From Macrostomum lignano (Eukaryota): DNA of 64,000 bases. The stretch covers positions 233,919 to 297,918 of the forward strand of contig NIVC01001392.1 in the NCBI GenBank assembly GCA_002269645.1, read 5' to 3'. The number at the start of each line of letters is the position of its first letter. Position 1 is the stretch's first letter. The notes under the pieces were generated by a model. That model worked only from the letters and a program-made list of their open reading frames with translations. It made no database searches and had not been told where the DNA came from. Of the stretch, positions 34,605 through 47,188 are shown piece by piece. The position numbers were made by a program, and so were the translations under genes.

Positions 34605-35150
34605 TCAGTGCATACCGCTGCGCAAGCGGAGACCAGTGGGCTCGTGCAAGATCACTCGGCACTCTCTCGGTCGCAGCTCCGTAGCCAGACGGTAGACTGA
34701 CAGGCCTCGACAGGTTCCAACAAACTGGTAGGTTGGAACGGGCATCGGCAGCGACTGGCAGCTGTACTTGCTGAAAGGCAGCATTGAATTAATAGGCTTT
34801 GAGCGGCTCAAGCAGGTCGTGTCGTAATAGGCAGGCGTGAGCAGGCTCGGGTCGTGCATGAGGCAGGTTCGCTTGCTGCAGAATCCATCGTGGCCTGTGT
34901 GATTCTTGCAGCGGATGACTCTCTTGCCGCCTCCGTTGACGCCGTGCTTGTTGGAGTCGGCCGTCAGGATGCCTCCATCCCGCAGGTGCTGGTCGTACAT
35001 GTCCGGGCACAGGCGGCGTACTTTGTCGCGCAGGATGCTGTCGCTGTTTCTGCCTCTGGTAGGGAGGCTGGAACCCTCATCTGGTATCCACAGCAACAGG
35101 AGGATCAACGAAACCAGCAACATCTGCAGTCTCGGAAGCTGGATCTCCAT
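34605..35150 (-). CDS. Secreted cystine-knot protein, interleukin-17-like (single coding exon, 181 aa)
   Basis: Signal peptide LLVSLILLLLWIPDEGSS; C-x7-HDP-x11-C...C-x15-C...Y-x9-C spacing matches the invertebrate IL-17 CPW..HDPNRYP..C..C..C..Y..CxC register; the final Cys is missing. Confidence 0.6.
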   Translation of the reverse strand: MEIQLPRLQMLLVSLILLLLWIPDEGSSLPTRGRNSDSILRDKVRRLCPDMYDQHLRDGGILTADSNKHGVNGGGKRVIRCKNHTGHDGFCSKRTCLMHDPSLLTPAYYDTTCLSRSKPINSMLPFSKYSCQSLPMPVPTYQFVGTCRGLSVYRLATELRPRECRVILHEPTGLRLRSGMH

Positions 35151-35719
35151 GAATTTTTGTTTACTCAGGTGAGAAGTTGTAGCCGAGCTTGTTGTTTTGA
35201 TCTGCTTGAGAACAGATTACTGCAATCATTTTTATGCAACCCGCTGTCGGCAAACCCGCGGGTTGCCAAGTGGTGTCCTGTCGCGTCAGCTCACTTTGAC
35301 GTGGCTCAGTTCTTTAGCCGCCTTAGCCACGCGTGGCGGGCTCTATTTAACAGCACGTCCTGGTTGGCATGCAACTAAAAATAGCACCGATGCACACTTC
35401 TTGCAAGCTATGCGGCAGGACTACATTTGAACTATTTTTAGTAAAAAATGTTATATTAAGAATAAACGAAATGTATTAGACCTTTTTTACTTTGGCACTG
35501 TTGAACTGTCCAACTGAATGAGGTACTGTCTGTAGGCTTTAGCACCCGATATCTTACCCAGTTTTTACAAAGTTTTTCGGAGTGTCCATATCGTGTGGTA
35601 TAGACTAAAAAAGACAAGAATAGAAGCCACTATGGCTTCAGATTTAAATACGTGTATTTTATGTGCTAAATCAAGTATTCACTTGAACTTAAAGAGAAAA
35701 CTTGGGGCGGAGAAAGGAG

Positions 35720-36240
35720 AACCGGGATTCCCCTACCGGGATTCTTCCACCGATTCTCCCACCGGGATTCTCGCACCGGTGGGGAGAATCCTGGTGCGAG
35801 AATCCCGGTGGGAAAATCCCAGTGGGGGAGAATCCTGGTGCGGGAATCCCAGTGGGAGAATCCCGGTGGGGATCGAGAATCCTTGTGGGAGAATATCGGT
35901 GGGGGATCGAGAATCCTTGTGGGAGAATCCCGGTGAGGATCGTGAACCCTTGTGGGAGAATCCCGGTGGGGGATCGAGAATCCTTGTGGGAGAATCCCGG
36001 TGGGGGAGAATCCCGGTGGGAGAATCCCGGTGGGGAGAATCCTGGTGCGGGAACCCCAGTGGGAAAATCCTGGTGGGGGATCGATAACCCTTGTGGGAGA
36101 ATCCCGGTGGAAGAATCCCGGTGATAGAATCCCGATGGGAGAATCCCGGTGGGGGGAGAATCCTGGTGCGGGAATCCCAGTGGGAGAATCTTGGTGGGGG
36201 ATCGAGAATCCTTGTGGGAGAATCCCGATGGGAGAATCTC
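35720..36240. repeat. Head-to-head minisatellite of about 16-bp GGGAGAATCCCGGTGG units
   Basis: Four inverted units (ACCGGGATTCTC) at 35721-35775, centre CACCGGT, then about 28 forward units. Confidence 0.85.
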
Positions 36241-36657
36241 GTTGTCTTGCCTTTATACGAGGCCCTGAATTCGCTATCTTTGCCTGTTCTTTCGCTAGCA
36301 AAACTTTGATTTATGCGCAGTGACGAGGTTCAAAAAAGTTGTGCAATACAATTGCCAGTTGACTGAGCTGTAATAATATCAATTACACTTTGGTCATTTT
36401 GTTTTTTATTTTACATCCGATGCATAATTGGTCTCGTGCAGTTGTACATTGTCTACCGGTATTTGATTGGCAGCTTATACAACTTATACTTCACTGAAAA
36501 ACTTGTAGTGACTCTGCTTTAAATTTATCGCAATCCATTTTTAGTATATGGACTAGCAATCGGTCTACGCCCCCGTTGGGGAGCAAACAAAGAATGTAAT
36601 ACAATTTTTAAATAAACTACACGTAACTTCTAACCTCAGCCTTTATATCTTAGCAAT

Positions 36658-37225
36658 CCTCCCCCCAAGCCTTGCCATCTCAGCAATTCCCCCCAAGCCT
36701 TGCCATCTCAGCAATTCCCCCCAAGCCTTGCCATCTCAGCAATTCCCCCCAAGCCTTGCCATCTCAGCAATTCCCCCAAGCCTTGCCATCTCAGCAATTC
36801 CCCCAAGCCTTGCCATCTCAGCAATTCCCCCCAAGCCTTGCCATCTCAGCAATTCCCCCCAAGCCTTGATATCAGCAATTTCCCCCAAGCCTTGATATCA
36901 GCAATTTCCCCCAAGCCTTGCCATCTCAGCAATTTCCCCCAAGCCTTGATATCAGCAATTTCCCCCAAGCCTTGCCATCTCAGCAATTTCCCCCAAGACT
37001 TGATATTTCAGCGATTCCCCCTCCAAGACTTGACATCTCAGCAATTCCCCCCCAGACTTGACATCTCAGCGACTCCCCCTCCAAGACTTGCCATCTCAGC
37101 AATTCCCCCCACCAGACTTGACATTTCAGCAATTCCCCCCAAGATTTTACATCTCAGCAATTCCCCCCAAGATTTTACATCTCATCAATTCCCCCCAAGA
37201 CTTGACATCTCAGCAATTTCCCCAG
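36658..37225. repeat. 27-28 bp minisatellite
   Basis: Unit CCTTGCCATCTCAGCAATTCCCCCCAAG, diverging towards the right. Confidence 0.9.
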
Positions 37226-37292
37226 AGCAAGCAACCCCCCATATAAAGCAAGTAACCCCAGATAGCTAGTAGTAAACTGACAACCAAATCCA

Positions 37293-37645
37293 GGGGCCCG
37301 CAGCCAGTGGTCTAGCACGCCGTTCTTTATGTGCCAGCGTCCCAGGCTCAATTCCAAGTTCGGGTTGGGTCTTCTCGTGCAATTAACGTCCTTGAGGGCC
37401 AACCCCAAGGTACAGTGAAGTGTCCATACCTAGCGATAAATAAGTTAGGCCGCTTTACACTCCTGTGAGCGTGTGGCTGTGTGTATCACTGCGTAAGTAT
37501 CCGCGCATTTGTGTGCCTGCTCAGTGGGGTTGGCGGAATGGGCAAGTAATTCCCTCGTGCTGGTTGTATGACACTGTTGCTTACGAGCGTAAAATGCACT
37601 GGGTGCAGCAGTTTCACGTCTCTAACTAATGTAACTAAAAATAAA
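37293..37645 (+). mobile_element. tRNA-derived SINE
   Basis: tRNA-like head GGGGCCCGCAGCCAGTGGTCTAGC (A box) and CAGGCTCAATTCC (degenerate B box), non-tRNA body, (TAAC)/A-rich tail; second copy at 3577. Confidence 0.6.
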
Positions 37646-38482
37646 CAGGGCGTGTCTCCTTACTCATGCTAGCGTCCGGCTACTCTATTCTTCTCTTGCC
37701 GTTTTTTTGTCAGATTTCTCTGGAGCACTCTAAATTAAATTCCGATTTCTAACTCTTTTAACAATCAGTCTGACTTTTTCGCTGCTCGCATGCTGTATAT
37801 GAATACTTGAATCTTCTGCCGAAATTAAAGCTTGGCTATACATGTAGCTCGTAGATCAATACAGTAATCAGCATCATGGATGAAAGAATATAACTGGATT
37901 GCTCATTGACTCTACCAATTTGGTCTCCTACTACCATATAGACAAATGCCCGCAGCTACAAGTACCATGGTAGATGAAGCAAAAAATTAAGGTTTTTAAT
38001 AATTTGATAGTAAAAACTACAAAGGTAGAAAAATACAACTTTTGGTTAAGACGATCGAGATGAGAGATGAGAGGAGAGGCGAGAGATGGGATGAGAACAA
38101 AAATAAAACCAGAGAGAAGAGGAGAGGGAAGAGGAGAGGAGAGAGAGAATAGAGGGCAGAAAAGAAGAGAAGGGAGAGAAGAGAGAAGAAAAAGAGATGA
38201 GCAGAGACAAACCGTGAGCAGGCCGGATTGCTATTTTGAAGTTTCAAAGAACCCGAAGGTCGGATTGAGAGGCTTCGAGGGCCGCGGGTCGGGGTTTGCA
38301 GACCCCGTTCTAGAGTCTTTAAGGCTTATCTTCAAATTAGTGTTTCACCGAAATAGCTCGTAAAATATGTAGAAATGCAATTTTAACTGAATCACTATAA
38401 TTAGAAGCATTGAACCAAAAAATCATTAAAACCTCGATAGCAATAAGCCTGAAAAAACAGAACAAACTGAATAGTCCAAAGC

Positions 38483-38515
38483 CATGGACAACTAGAGTAG
38501 ATCTAGTTGTCCATG
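38483..38515. other. Perfect 14-bp stem, 5-nt loop hairpin
   Basis: CATGGACAACTAGA-GTAGA-TCTAGTTGTCCATG. Confidence 0.85.
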
Positions 38516-40581
38516 CCCAAAGCATTAATGAAAACAAAATCAAACTGCAAACATTATACTCAATCCAACCCGTTTCAATCTCGCTGGCAAAGCAGACTCT
38601 TAGATGCTCCTTCGGCAGCTCAGTATTCTAATTTTTACTGTCCCAAAAATGATTCTCAATTCGGATTAAAACCTGACAAACTGGGAGGGTAGCTCACTTG
38701 ATAGCGATTTATAGAGGGCCAGGTACAACTAAATTTAAATGTACAGTGAAGCTTTGAAAGTGCCAACCGCGCCTGCACCCCAGCGCTTAGTGGTACGAAG
38801 AACTTCCCTGTCTTATTTTACATGGCCTGCAACACAGGTCTGCATGGCGTTTATTCTTCTGGCGAATGAACAGTTTAAAATTATACACGTACATGTACTT
38901 TACCCCATCCTAAATTTGATTTCACTGCCCCCGAAATTAGCTGGTTTTCTGTGTGCATTCTCCAAACTCGAGTCAGGAGTGTGGTACTTACTCTAAAGTA
39001 AGGACGCTACTCTCAATTCTATTAGAGTCAATTCTATAGTCAATTCTATCTATTCTATTCTATTCTATCAGAAGGCCATGCAGAAAGGAATTTAATTACA
39101 TTGGTCATATCGGCATCGTCAGTAAATTTATACTTTGAAGAACGCCTATCACTGGATGTTGCTTCGCCTTAGATAATTTCGGCCTAGAAAAATCCGATTT
39201 CTCGAAAAAAATCATTCGTCTTCATGATTACAATTCAGTCGTCTTGTTCGTATATTTTAATGGCCAGCCCTGGGTTGTCAGTAAACTTTTTTTCTATTCC
39301 TAGACCTTTGTACCTTATAAGAAGAAGGAATAATTGCAAAGCTTCCACGACAAATCTTTAGTAGAAAAGGCCCTGATCCAAAACTGGCAAAATGTCCGTG
39401 ATGTTCACAATTTATACTTACAAACTTTCGGGTTGTTTAAAAAACTCGTTAAAACAAATCAAAATAGACAGTACCAAATTAAAAAAATAAAGCTGCAAGT
39501 AAACTATTGAAATTTTGCTAAAGCTTTTTTTACGTTCTGTAGTGTTTTATGTTTTATACCATATTTGCGTTTTCATGCTTCTATGACATCCAGCTAATAG
39601 TGGCGTTTTGATTTTTAAAATTCTTTATTTTCAAAAGAAGCGAATCTGGCTATTTGTTATGAAGTTTGCTGCGATATGCAAACTTGTATCATTTGTTGCC
39701 TTCAATTTATAGTGTGAATCTTATAGCCATCGTAAAACGTGGTTCATTCGAGTTTCTACTCTCTATGTAACATGATAGTTTCGAGCTAGGTCATTAAAAA
39801 AACGTTTTTGCAAAAATCTGTGCATTGGAGGAAAAGTAATATAATATTGTCATAGAAATTCTTACTCTTGTGATAATCTAAAGAAATTCATATCGTACAG
39901 TATATCTCTGTTACAATTAATTTACTCTTAGCGTTTTAATCCATAACACATTAATTTCTAACTTTTTTGAGTTTTTTATTCCTTCAGTTTGTTTTTTAGT
40001 AAGTAAATATATATAAAATAATATATTGACTATTCTTTGCAAATTTTCATTTTTAAGAGAACTACAAATTATTTGTCTCTTACTTGTCGGTTGTCTTGGT
40101 TCAACTTTATGACGCATAAATGGTTTTTATTAGCGTTACTATGTATTTTTGAGAAAGGACAACAGCTTTGGTAATATTGATATATATGAGCTAGTAATGA
40201 TTAACATCATGATTATATTATGTTATTTTTTGCTATAGTTTTTTTTAATCTAAAACTTTAAATAATATTAAAGATTAAAAAATAAATTTTATAAATATGT
40301 CGAGATAAAAATTGGAAGGTCTCCAAATTCGTTGATAAATTTTGAAGCCTAAAATTCTAAATACATTTTAATTTGTTATTGACTGATTTTGCTTTTGCAC
40401 TGGTTATAGTAATATTAATCTTTAATTGTTTAGCCTGTGTGCATGAATGCCTAAAAAGTTGCATTAAACTGGTTTGGAAGAAGCGCAATTGTTTAAACGT
40501 AATGAAAAAATGAACTTGTCAGAACTAAAAATTTAATTTTATCATTTTTTAAATCCCTAATTCTATTTGCTTTTTGCAGCC

Positions 40582-40761
40582 ATGGCCGACTCGGACCCGA
40601 ACGATCCCTTTGAGCCGCGCGACGACGAGGATATCGACGACTTGGACGACGCCAATGCCGTGGACCTCGACGACGAGGACAATGAGGACGTTGTCGCCGA
40701 CGTCAACGAGGAGGCTCAGTCCGAGGATGAGAATGAGCTCATCGTGCTGGACCCCGACCAT
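40582..40761 (+). CDS. CCDC40: CCDC40 exon 1 (acidic N-terminus ending LIVLDPDH)
   Basis: ATG at 40582, donor GTAAGC; joins exon 2 to give the CCDC40 hallmark VLDPDHPLMxRFQ. Confidence 0.9.
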
Positions 40762-40860
40762 GTAAGCTAGCTAGATGAATTTTTCAGTCCTTTGGAGCAG
40801 CTTCTACTTGGTTTAAAGTACAACTCAGCAAATTCCATCGCCCCAAACTCCCTTCTCCAG

Positions 40861-40944
40861 CCCCTGATGGAGAGGTTCCAACAGCGACTGAAGAACTTAC
40901 TGGAACGGCAGGTGGAGCGTCTGCAAGTTACGAAACGCGAACAG
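40861..40944 (+). CDS. CCDC40: CCDC40 exon 2
   Basis: ccttctccAG| PLMERFQQRLKNLLERQVERLQVTKREQ |GTATGG; 84 nt, phase 0/0. Confidence 0.9.
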
Positions 40945-41040
40945 GTATGGCTTGGATTATTTAAGTTTTAATGTTAAATTTCATGATTTCCATTTGACTC
41001 TTATTAACAGAAGTAATGCAAACAACATTGCATTTTACAG

Positions 41041-41120
41041 GATGAGACTCTCAAGAAGAAGCGACAGCAGCATCTGGAACTGGGCAATGAGCTGTACAAC
41101 CTGCAGCAGGAACTGGCCAA
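41041..41120 (+). CDS. CCDC40: CCDC40 exon 3
   Basis: ttttacAG| DETLKKKRQQHLELGNELYNLQQELA |GTAAGC; phase 0/2. Confidence 0.9.
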
Positions 41121-41239
41121 GTAAGCAATACTGTTGCGACGTCAGTAGATTTATTTTGTTTTGCAATTGCCATGCGTGAGTGGTCGCTGAGTATAGTTCG
41201 CTTCCCCATTCGCTCAGTTTTCATTACTGCTCCCACCAG

Positions 41240-43241
41240 AGCGCAGATGCACATCGAGAAGGCGCACGACGACTACACGGAAGCGAAGCGAGGCCGCCAG
41301 CAAAAGGAGATGGCGCTGGACGACACCAGGCGGATGTTCAAAGAGATGAGCAACGCCTACAACCAGGAGAAGCGCAAGGAGGCCGACCTGCGCCAGGAGG
41401 TCGACAACCTGGCCCTGCGGCTTTTCTACATGCGCAACGCCCGCGAGGACGTTCTCGGCGACATCGCCGTGATGAAACGGGCAGCCGAGAAGGCCGACGG
41501 CGATCTGTCCAAAGCCGAGGACGCCAAGATGCGGCAGGACCATCTGGTTGATCGGCTGGTTGAACAGACCGACCGGCTTCGGGAGGACATCGCCCTCTAT
41601 GATGCCCAGATGGCCGCCCAGGGTGACGAGATCAAGGCGGCCAAGGACGGCTTGGCTGACGCGCAGTCGGAGATCCAGACCATCGCCGTGGAGCGCAAGC
41701 AGCTGATGTCGCAATGGAACAGCAGCCTGATCGGTCTGACCCGGCGCAACGAGGCCCATTCGACCATGCTGGAGGCGCTGAACCAGCGCAATGAGCAGAT
41801 CCGCAGCCTGGGCACCGAGGCCGAGGCCTACGCTAAGTCCATCTCAAAGGAGCAGGAGCAGAACGAGAAGCTCACGCTGATTCTAAACAAGACCGAGAAG
41901 GACTTTGACATGGTGAAGCGGCAGCTGATGCTTTCGCGCAACAAGCACGACCAGCTGAAGCAGGAGTTCTCGGTGAAGACGCGCCAGCTGCACGAGACTG
42001 AGTCGCACCTGGAGCGCGCCAACGCCCAGATCCGCGAGCGCAAGACGGAGCTGGACGCTCTGCGCAAGCAGATCGAACGGGAAAACCTGGAGAAGGTGCG
42101 CCTCACAGAGGAGATCACCGAGCAGATCCGCAGCCGCCTGACCATGAAGAAGGCAGCCGAATACACGCAGAAGCTCACCGGCAAGGTGCGCGACCGAACC
42201 CGCGAGGTTGAAACTCAAATCGCCCTAGTCGAGAACGAGATTTCCAAGGACCAGCTGGAAGCTGCCCACGTGCGGGCCCGCCTGCGCCACAACCAGACGG
42301 TGGTTGAGTCCCTTGACAAGGAGATCGCCGCCAAGAACACCGTCATCACCAAGTCCGAGCAGGACCAGTCGCGCAACAACATCGACATCGAGCGCAAGCA
42401 GGGCGAGATCGACCTGCACAACAAGCGGCTCGAGCAGCTCATCGCCTCGGCTGGCGGTGTGGAGCTCGGCCCGCTTGAGATCACCATCAACTCGCTCGGC
42501 AAGTCCATCGCCGCCAAGCAGGAGGAGATCGCCGGCCTGGAGCAGATGTGGCTGCGCGAACAGCACGAGCTGGTGAAGATTGTCAACGAGCGCAGCGATC
42601 TGACCGCCACCGTCAACCGGCTGAAGAAGCAGCTGATGATCCTCGGCCAAAAGAAGCTGCGCATTGAAGGCAACATCGAGCGGGAGCAGAAGGAAAAGCA
42701 GACGGTGGAGCGGTCGCTCAATCACCTGCAGACGGACATGCAGAGGTTGAACGGGCTCATTTATCGCGAGACCGATGCAGCGGAGCAGCTGCGCAAGCAC
42801 AACGCTCTACTTGAGACGGACTTCGTTCGAGCGCTCAAAGAGGAAGAGAAAGTCAGCCTGCAGCTGCGGGAGAAGCTGGAGCAGCTCAAGGAGGAGAAGA
42901 ACCGCCTGCTGACCGCGCTGATTGACGCTGAGCAGCGCATCATGCTCTGGGAGAAGAAGATCCAGCTGGCGCAGGAGACGCGGGCCGCCGTGGACTCAGA
43001 CATTGGCCAAGCGGAGATCAAAGCGATGCGCTCGGAGATTCACCGCATGGAGGTCCGGCTGGGCCAGCTGATGCGCCAGCAGGAGCAGCTGATCCAGGAG
43101 ATGGAAAAGTCGGTCAGCCGGCGGGACACGATCGCCACGCGTGGCGAGGCGCAGGCGCGCGCCAAGGTCAAGGTCGTCACTAAGGGCGCCATGCAGCGGG
43201 AGCTGAACGAGCTTAGAAAGAGAATTAAACAGACCATCAAG
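41240..43241 (+). CDS. CCDC40: CCDC40 exon 4 (long coiled coil)
   Basis: 2002-nt open exon with QLMSQWNSSLIGLTRRNEA, IMLWEKKIQLAQE and EIKAMRSEIHRMEVR, recognisable CCDC40 motifs; donor AAG|GTGAGC. Confidence 0.92.
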
Positions 43242-43495
43242 GTGAGCTGTTTTCACCGATCCGTGTGGGATAGTTCACTTAAAATTTACTTAAAATACCT
43301 TAACTACGCTCGTATATACTCGTATAAACTTTTCCGTTTAAAGTAGAATGCAATAAACGAATGAATCAGTTGAGAAAAATGCGTTAAATAGATATGAAAA
43401 GCTGTAGTTTATGCTTGAATTCTGCTTACTGCTATAATTGTAGCGAGTAACGATTTTCAGCCAATTTTTTTACCTTAAAAATTTGCTCTCAATAG

Positions 43496-43654
43496 ACAAC
43501 CAACGAATGCGACGAGGATATTGAAGACCTGCGCCAGAAGCAGTCGCTGCTGGAGAGCGAAATCGCCGAACGTAACGAGCGCTGCAACCAGCTGCAGCAG
43601 GAAGCCGACCGCCTCAATGAGACCCTGGCCAGCCTCACCGATATGAAGCAGATG
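43496..43654 (+). CDS. CCDC40: CCDC40 exon 5
   Basis: caatAG| TTNECDEDIEDLRQKQ...DMKQM |GTAAGC; 159 nt, phase 0/0. Confidence 0.85.
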
Positions 43655-43670
43655 GTAAGCAGATACCATA

Positions 43671-44113
<443 letters not shown>

Positions 44114-44186
44114 TGACCCGCAGCAAGTGAGGAGGCAAGCACAACAAACTATTAACCCCCCGCCCCCCGCGGTTCCGTGTCAACAG

Positions 44187-44426
44187 CAAATCTTCGACCT
44201 GCAGTCGCGCCAGCAGACGGCTCGCTACTACCAGCAGGTGCGGGAGGGCAAGTACAAGCCGCTGTACAAGGACTCGGCCCGCCTGGAAGAGGAGCGCCAG
44301 CGTCAGCAGGAGCGAACCCAGGCGCTCAGTCTGGTGATCGAGCGGGTATCCAGCGAGCATCCGCAGGTGCTGCGGGCGATCGGGCCGTGCCGCAGCATGA
44401 TCAACACCCGGCTTGGGTTCGCCTGA
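44187..44426 (+). CDS. CCDC40: CCDC40 last exon
   Basis: caacAG| QIFDLQSRQQTARYYQQVREGKYKPLY...RLGFA*; total protein about 914 aa. Confidence 0.85.
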   Translation, partial: QIFDLQSRQQTARYYQQVREGKYKPLYKDSARLEEERQRQQERTQALSLVIERVSSEHPQVLRAIGPCRSMINTRLGFA

Positions 44427-44919
44427 GTGCACCAGCCCGGAGTTTGCTATTGAGTTTCGCTTGTACGATAAAACTGTGTGCCTATAGTACCTTTCACAAT
44501 TACAAATATGCTCGAAAATTTCAGACTTATGAATAATATTAAACTAACTTTTAAGTTTTTACTTTCTGAATTGAGGGTTTATATTTAACATCCTGCAACT
44601 CGCCCTAAATACAGTTTTAATTAATATTAAAAAATTCACAGACACCGTGTTAAACAAAAGAGCAGGGTTGAGAAACATCTTTTCTGATCTAATTTGTTCG
44701 CGAAATGAATTAAGACATCTACTTCGTTACATACTACTTACATTGATAGTCAGTAGTATTGCTAGACTTGCAAGAGTAGAATTAAAACGAATCGTTAACT
44801 CGCTGCTGCGTGCTTCATTTTAAAAATCAGAAATTTTATCTTATAGGAAATCAATGCGACCCGGAGTCAGCAAGGAGTACACGCTCACACAGGGTGTACA
44901 GCAGCCCCCCTCATCGTCG

Positions 44920-45100
44920 GGCATGTACATGTAGACACTGTTCGCTTTGGGTTCGGGCATGTACATGTAGACACTGTTCGCTTTGGGTTCGGGCATGTAC
45001 ATGTAGACACTGTTCGCTTTGGGTTCGGGCATGTACATGTAGACACTGTTCGCTTTGGGTTCGGGCATGTACATGTAGACACTGTTCGCTTTGGGTTCGG
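44920..45100. repeat. 36-bp minisatellite (5 copies)
   Basis: Unit GGGCATGTACATGTAGACACTGTTCGCTTTGGGTTC. Confidence 0.95.
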
Positions 45101-45802
45101 CCCGATAACAACAGAGATTTGCCAATAATATTCATACCGAGCCCGTCAGGCTGCTCTTTTCGTGAAACTGCACTGCCTAATATATGGCAGGTGCGGTCTG
45201 GCAAGGCTTCATCGGGCTCCAGCCCAGGTGGGATGCTGCGCGCGAGACTTCCTATCCTCATCCTCCTCCTGCCCAGCCTCTACCTGCATTGCCAAAGAAA
45301 TGAGTTGATCTTCCCGCAGCCTCTTTCCGGGAGTTTTATTTCCATTCTTCAGCGCTGAGGGCGGCACAATGGCTGCTGGGACAAGTGATCGCAAAGTCAA
45401 GTCCCCCCCAGTCCGTGCCAGCCTCATTGTTGTTGAAGAAAGGCGCAATGCCCGGCGGTTTCAAGATTGCGCCCGCGGCTTCTAAAAAAACTCATGATGA
45501 AGCACCGCTGCGCCTCCGCCTCCGTAAAATTGCCGTCGCGTTGTCGACCGCGCCTGAGCTGCATTGCGGCCTGATCCCCCAGGCTCCGATACCCTCCCTA
45601 AACCTCCTTGAGCCTCAATTTAAAGACGGGCAACTCACCAGCAAGCCCAGCTGTGCGAGGCCGCAGCCCAGAGTTTAGGGGACTGCGCAGAGGAGGGGCT
45701 CAGGCACGCGGAAGTGCTGACGCCGTCGCCAAAAGCTCCCATCGTCCCCCTCCATCTCCCAAGCCGTCATCTATCTCGGAGCTCCGCAGCCTCCTGTCCC
45801 AC

Positions 45803-45840
<38 letters not shown>

Positions 45841-46483
45841 GGAGGCCATTGATGCGACTTCCCCTTCTCCTCTACTGTGTCTATCCGGCTGAGCTTCAGT
45901 GACTTCTCCACCAAAAGCTCCACTGCAGCAGCACCATATGCTGAATAGAATAGGGGCTGCGGAGAATGGGACAACGGGCCCCTCACCCCAACTGGCTCGT
46001 GTGTTTCGGCCAGTCCAAACTCCACAGTATAATATACGCAGCCTCCAAGCTCCATCCAGCGATTCTGAGCAACTAACCTCACTCACTCAAAGGCCAGGCC
46101 TCATCGCAGTTGCTACCCCGCCGCCGTGTAATATACTCGTAGCAACTGAGTTGCTTAGCTATAAAAAAACAGGAACTGCCAGCAAGGCATTGAAAAAGTC
46201 TTGAAAGGCCTCATTATGCGAGTATTAAACTCCTATTGTGAGCCGGAGAGCACAATGTCTCCAGCACGTGATGAGGCGCTGCTCATTTTTTTATTCATGA
46301 CGCTTTTTGGATTCTGTCGACTGAAATGATTTGATGCTTTGAACTAGCAGCAGAACTTTAATGCGATTTCTGTAATTGGTTAAGTAGCAATTGTCAAACA
46401 GCTAGGCAGGACAGTGACGAAGGAATTGTACTAAAGAAATTATTTACTCTCTAGACTGACCTTGAACCATTGGCGTTGTGACT

Positions 46484-47188
46484 TTGAGTTATCGAAGGTG
46501 TGACCTTGAACTATTGATGGTTGACATCAACCTATCGATGATGTGACCTTGAACTATCGATGATATGACCTTGAACTATCGATGGTGTGACCTTGAACGG
46601 TCGATGATGTGACCTTGAACTTTCGGTGATGTGTGACCTTGAACTATCGATGATGTGATTTTGAACTATCGATGATATGACCTTGAACTATCGATGGTGT
46701 GACCTTGAACTGTCGATGGTGGGACCTTGAACTATCGATGGTGTGACCTTGAACTGTCGATGGTGGGACCTTGAACTTTCGATGACGTGACCTTGAACTA
46801 TCGATGATGTGATTTTGAACTATCGATGATATGACCTTGAACTATCGATGGTGTGACCTTGAACTATCGATGATATGACCTTGAACTTTCGGTGATGTGT
46901 GACCTTGAACTATCGATGATGTGATTTTGAACTATCGATGATGTGACCTTGAACTATCGATGGTGTGACCTTGAACTGTCGATGGTGGGACCTTGAACTA
47001 TCGATGACGTGACCTTGAACTATCGATGATGTGACCTTGAACTATCGATGATGTGACCTTGAACTATTGATGATGTGACCTTGAACTATCGATGACGTGA
47101 CCTTGAACTATCGATGATGTGACCTTGAACTATCGATGATGTGACCTTGAACGGTCGATGATGTGACCTTGAATTATCGATGATGTGG
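46484..47188. repeat. 22-bp minisatellite (about 32 copies)
   Basis: Unit GTGACCTTGAACTATCGATGAT. Confidence 0.95.
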
